Below, piece after piece: positions 62,201 through 64,000 of a stretch of DNA of 64,000 bases (position 1 is the first letter of the stretch; every line of letters begins with the position of its first letter). The notes under the pieces are model-generated. The model had not been told where the DNA came from, made no database searches, and worked only from the letters and a program-made list of their open reading frames with translations. Source of the stretch: Perna viridis (Eukaryota); contig CM074512.1 of assembly GCA_037379345.1 (NCBI GenBank), positions 58,859,597 through 58,923,596 on the forward strand, given 5' to 3'. The position numbers and the translations under genes were made by a program.

Positions 62201-63982
62201 AACCTAGCCGGGGGCTAGGCGCTCTGCCCACAGAGCAACTGGGATGTGTGCCCTAGGTGGTGGAATGGGGTACCCCTGGCATGTTACATGCTGGGGTTGT
62301 CAGGCTATAATACGGAAAACCTGACCGCAAACCAAAGTGGTGCACCGTGTTGGGAAAGATGCCACGTTCCTCGCACGTTAAAGAACCCTGCTGTGGTATT
62401 CGATAGTAGGAACCTTTGCGCTCCGCCACAGGAGGCTAAATTGCCCTACCTTACCCATCCCCCCTTTTTCCAGAGGCAATCAAAATTTGTCGACCCTATT
62501 ATCCTTGTGACCCATCCTTTTTTTTTTTTTTTCGTTTCATGTTCATTCTATCATCCATTTCATGTTCATTGTCTGAATATAACTGAAATATTGCTGCTCG
62601 GACGTTAAACCCCAACAAACAAACAAACAAACAAACTTTTAAGGACCTCTTTTGAAATTAAAATACTTTCAAATCCTTTAGACTTTTCATTTTGAAGTAC
62701 AGTCGAACTTCACTCGCTCGAACTCGGATGGCTCGAACACCCGGGATGTCTCAAACACAATTCAAAGTACTAAAATTTTCTCCTATATAATCAATATAAA
62801 TAACCTTGGATTTCTCAAACTGACTAGCAGGTCCGTTCGGTAATAAATTTTAGGAAATAACCCTCACTAATTCGAACTCGTCAGCAATTTTGTCAGCTTG
62901 GGTAATTAAAGGTGTGAAAAACTGAAACCCTATCATTAATCAGTGTCATTTTAGTTAATTACAGGTAAAATTTAAGTCATCACTAATTAGGTAGTTTTGA
63001 TCTTTAACATAATACTGAATGAAGTTCGAGAATGTTCGGAAGTCGGTATGATAAAAGCATGAAAGAAAATTGGATGAAAACAAATTATTGACCAAGGAAC
63101 TCCACAAACTAACACAACTTCATAGGAAGTAGGCAATTTCTAACGATAAAGTCGAACTCGGACCGGCATATTTGTAAATATACAAACTTCAATTTCGCGA
63201 ATTCCCAATAACTCGAACACATTTCAAAGGTCCTTTGGAGTTCGAGCTACCGAGGTTTGACTGTACTTTCAATGATTTTAAGCAGGTAGTCAAAATATAA
63301 AAAAAGTCTAATAAAACATCAGAGAAAAATCAAATCACTGATTTATCCTATATTACAAATAAAACCGACATCATTTGATTGTTGAGAAATTATTTCGGCA
63401 AAAATATCTGACAACATTTCTACAGTACAGTTTAAACGAAAAGAAACAATAAGAAAAGGCATTTCATCTAACAACAGTAGTAACCTTTTCATCAACAGCA
63501 ATAGCTCCTTCTGGCTCTTCATAAGGACCAACAAGTGACTGGACCCTGCCAAACAATCCAAGTCTACCAAAATGTTCCAGGAATATTTCCTGACTCTCTG
63601 TGCCTTTTTTCATCAGGTCTAATATGATATGTAGTATTATCTGATGATTCTCATCTTCATCCTGCATAATAACAACAAAGGTATGAGTTAAATGGTCAAA
63701 TAAATATTTCTCTTTCTCATTTTTAAATTAAAAGGATAATATTTTTCACACTTTACTATAAATGAGAAACTGATATTAAAAGTTCTTTGAACTTTTGAAA
63801 ATTAACAGATTCTCAAATTTCTTGTAAGAAAGCAATATACCTCATGGTCCAGGACATTGGTCATCACTTCGGTAAGACCTGCTGCAAAGCTGATAACATT
63901 TATCTCCAGATTGGAGAGTTCACATAACAAATCATTGGTAACATAATGGATCATCTTCTTCAGTAAGGACAAACAAGATTTT
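43574..63982 (-). CDS. HECTD1: E3 ubiquitin-protein ligase HECTD1 (Ufd4-like), 3' ~1,914 aa in 31 exons; 5' exons beyond the window
   Basis: Diagnostic peptides [40 protein letters not shown]-like [26 protein letters not shown]2 [62 protein letters not shown] and [15 protein letters not shown]...GFHLN*; exon lengths sum in frame (5746 nt with a 1-nt phase offset). Confidence 0.96.
44200..44350 (-). CDS. HECTD1: HECTD1 exon (HECT)
   Basis: [19 protein letters not shown]...[11 protein letters not shown]. Confidence 0.9.
44646..44742 (-). CDS. HECTD1: HECTD1 exon (HECT)
   Basis: [32 protein letters not shown]. Confidence 0.88.
44820..45630 (+). mobile_element. Dispersed non-autonomous repeat in HECTD1 intron (family of 150-940 and 41920-42430)
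   Basis: Shared 5' block and ~90-bp degenerate subrepeats (cccctaattcc...tcccagtct...ttgtagtat); boundaries approximate. Confidence 0.5.
45880..45955 (-). CDS. HECTD1: HECTD1 exon (HECT)
   Basis: [25 protein letters not shown]. Confidence 0.88.
46592..46849. repeat. 86-bp x3 tandem repeat spanning a HECTD1 exon/donor junction
   Basis: ataccacccact at 46592, 46678 and 46764. Confidence 0.9.
46810..47426 (-). CDS. HECTD1: HECTD1 exon (HECT N-lobe with insert)
   Basis: [13 protein letters not shown]...[10 protein letters not shown]...[16 protein letters not shown]...RLEDL. Confidence 0.92.
48010..48346 (-). CDS. HECTD1: HECTD1 exon
   Basis: SIVWLQ...[13 protein letters not shown]...[20 protein letters not shown]. 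Confidence 0.92.
48678..48888 (-). CDS. HECTD1: HECTD1 exon
   Basis: [28 protein letters not shown]. Confidence 0.92.
49507..49675 (-). CDS. HECTD1: HECTD1 exon
   Basis: [17 protein letters not shown]; GT-AG, phase 0-1. Confidence 0.85.
50237..50294 (-). CDS. HECTD1: HECTD1 exon
   Basis: [19 protein letters not shown]; phase 2-0. Confidence 0.8.
50480..50610 (-). CDS. HECTD1: HECTD1 exon
   Basis: IFRFIQKL...[13 protein letters not shown]. Confidence 0.88.
50941..51590. repeat. Intronic minisatellite, ~38-bp unit x ~17
   Basis: Consensus tgctgaagtctacaccatgttacaaatggaacaggagg. Confidence 0.95.
51794..51882 (-). CDS. HECTD1: HECTD1 exon
   Basis: [29 protein letters not shown]; phase 1-0. 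Confidence 0.8.
52023..52179 (-). CDS. HECTD1: HECTD1 exon
   Basis: [38 protein letters not shown]. Confidence 0.92.
52439..52731 (-). CDS. HECTD1: HECTD1 exon
   Basis: AQSYPSL...[10 protein letters not shown]...[12 protein letters not shown]. Confidence 0.88.
53168..53609 (-). CDS. HECTD1: HECTD1 exon
   Basis: PMSVSVPNL...SLLESFA; ORF 53091-53609. Confidence 0.88.
53962..54090 (-). CDS. HECTD1: HECTD1 exon
   Basis: [10 protein letters not shown]...QAASAENL. Confidence 0.85.
54269..54462 (-). CDS. HECTD1: HECTD1 exon (MIB/HERC2 second half)
   Basis: [24 protein letters not shown]. Confidence 0.9.
54703..54879 (-). CDS. HECTD1: HECTD1 exon (MIB/HERC2 first half)
   Basis: [12 protein letters not shown]...[19 protein letters not shown]. 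Confidence 0.92.
55174..55334 (-). CDS. HECTD1: HECTD1 exon (SUN-like)
   Basis: [30 protein letters not shown]. Confidence 0.92.
55680..55778 (-). CDS. HECTD1: HECTD1 exon (SUN-like)
   Basis: [14 protein letters not shown]...DDTSLNEP. Confidence 0.9.
56027..56107 (-). CDS. HECTD1: HECTD1 exon (SUN-like)
   Basis: [25 protein letters not shown]. Confidence 0.9.
56434..56577 (-). CDS. HECTD1: HECTD1 exon (SUN-like)
   Basis: [36 protein letters not shown]. Confidence 0.92.
56735..56877 (-). CDS. HECTD1: HECTD1 exon
   Basis: [10 protein letters not shown]...[14 protein letters not shown]. Confidence 0.9.
56991..57063. repeat. 35-bp tandem duplication
   Basis: aaaataggctagatccttcat(a/g)atgcaggggagaa x2. 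Confidence 0.85.
57295..57429 (-). CDS. HECTD1: HECTD1 exon
   Basis: [12 protein letters not shown]...LKMEPL...LERYLLKM. Confidence 0.9.
57902..58010 (-). CDS. HECTD1: HECTD1 exon
   Basis: [34 protein letters not shown]. Confidence 0.9.
59244..59332 (-). CDS. HECTD1: HECTD1 exon
   Basis: [11 protein letters not shown]; phase 0-2. Confidence 0.82.
59584..59730 (-). CDS. HECTD1: HECTD1 exon
   Basis: [23 protein letters not shown]. Confidence 0.88.
59991..60128 (-). CDS. HECTD1: HECTD1 exon
   Basis: [22 protein letters not shown] (the donor could be 6 nt earlier). Confidence 0.85.
60570..60734 (-). CDS. HECTD1: HECTD1 exon
   Basis: [22 protein letters not shown]. Confidence 0.9.
60957..61361 (-). 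CDS. HECTD1: HECTD1 exon
   Basis: ORF 60951-61382; [18 protein letters not shown]. Confidence 0.93.
62118..62634 (+). mobile_element. SINE-like retroposon with (CAAA)n tail
   Basis: 12-bp TSD acttttaaggac at 62106-62117 and 62635-62646; GC-rich body; 3' ctgaaatattgct...cgttaaacccc(aaca)n; no recognisable tRNA head, so probably 5'-truncated. Confidence 0.85.
62700..63263. mobile_element. Tc1/mariner (pogo/Tigger-like) MITE
   Basis: TA TSD (62698-9, 63264-5); imperfect TIRs cagtcgaacttcactcgctcgaactc / gagttcgagctaccgaggtttgactg. Confidence 0.85.
63485..63661 (-). CDS. HECTD1: HECTD1 exon
   Basis: [20 protein letters not shown]...FLEHFGRLG. Confidence 0.88.
63841..63982 (-). CDS. HECTD1: HECTD1 exon (most 5' in window)
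   Basis: [13 protein letters not shown]...[10 protein letters not shown]. Confidence 0.86.
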
Positions 63983-64000
63983 CTGAAAATAGAATTAGTT

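Larger units (their letters stand above)
61488..63285. mobile_element. Non-autonomous DNA element (cagggttcatacac..., ttcaaggactttt subrepeats), interrupted by two later insertions
   Basis: aaggacttt repeats at 61520-61570 resume at 62100, 62640 and after 63265; right end degenerate. Confidence 0.55.

Noticed and set aside
62246-62608. 120-aa ORF
   Set aside because: Lies wholly within the TSD-flanked SINE

Overview
AT-rich, intron-rich animal genomic DNA, not prokaryotic. The repeat families look bivalve/mytilid-like, which is inference from recalled sequences. Three spliced genes were rebuilt by hand from GT-AG sites and reading-frame phase. (1) + strand, 1.1-23.7 kb: the 3' part of a single-pass type I membrane receptor with two Ser/Thr-rich stalk exons and a TM exon, followed by TWO phase-compatible terminal exons that would give alternative, unrelated Tyr-motif cytoplasmic tails. 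(2) + strand, 28.6-39.9 kb: a 9-exon gene for a ~2,908-aa acidic, apparently disordered protein with no domain I recognise, packed with short linear motifs (TQT x3, RVxF, acidic-FW x4, DPF x4, KPKEK repeats). (3) - strand, 43.6-64 kb: 31 coding exons (~1,914 aa) of the HECT E3 ligase HECTD1, whose 5' end lies beyond the window. Introns and intergenic DNA hold a young 5'-truncated L1/Tx1-type LINE with a perfect 16-bp TSD, a Penelope-like (Naiad-type) RT fragment with a structured 3' motif, a SINE and a Tc1/pogo-type MITE nested in a third element, Helentron-like repeats and minisatellites. No rRNA, tRNA or CRISPR array was found. Gene models are predictions without transcript evidence.
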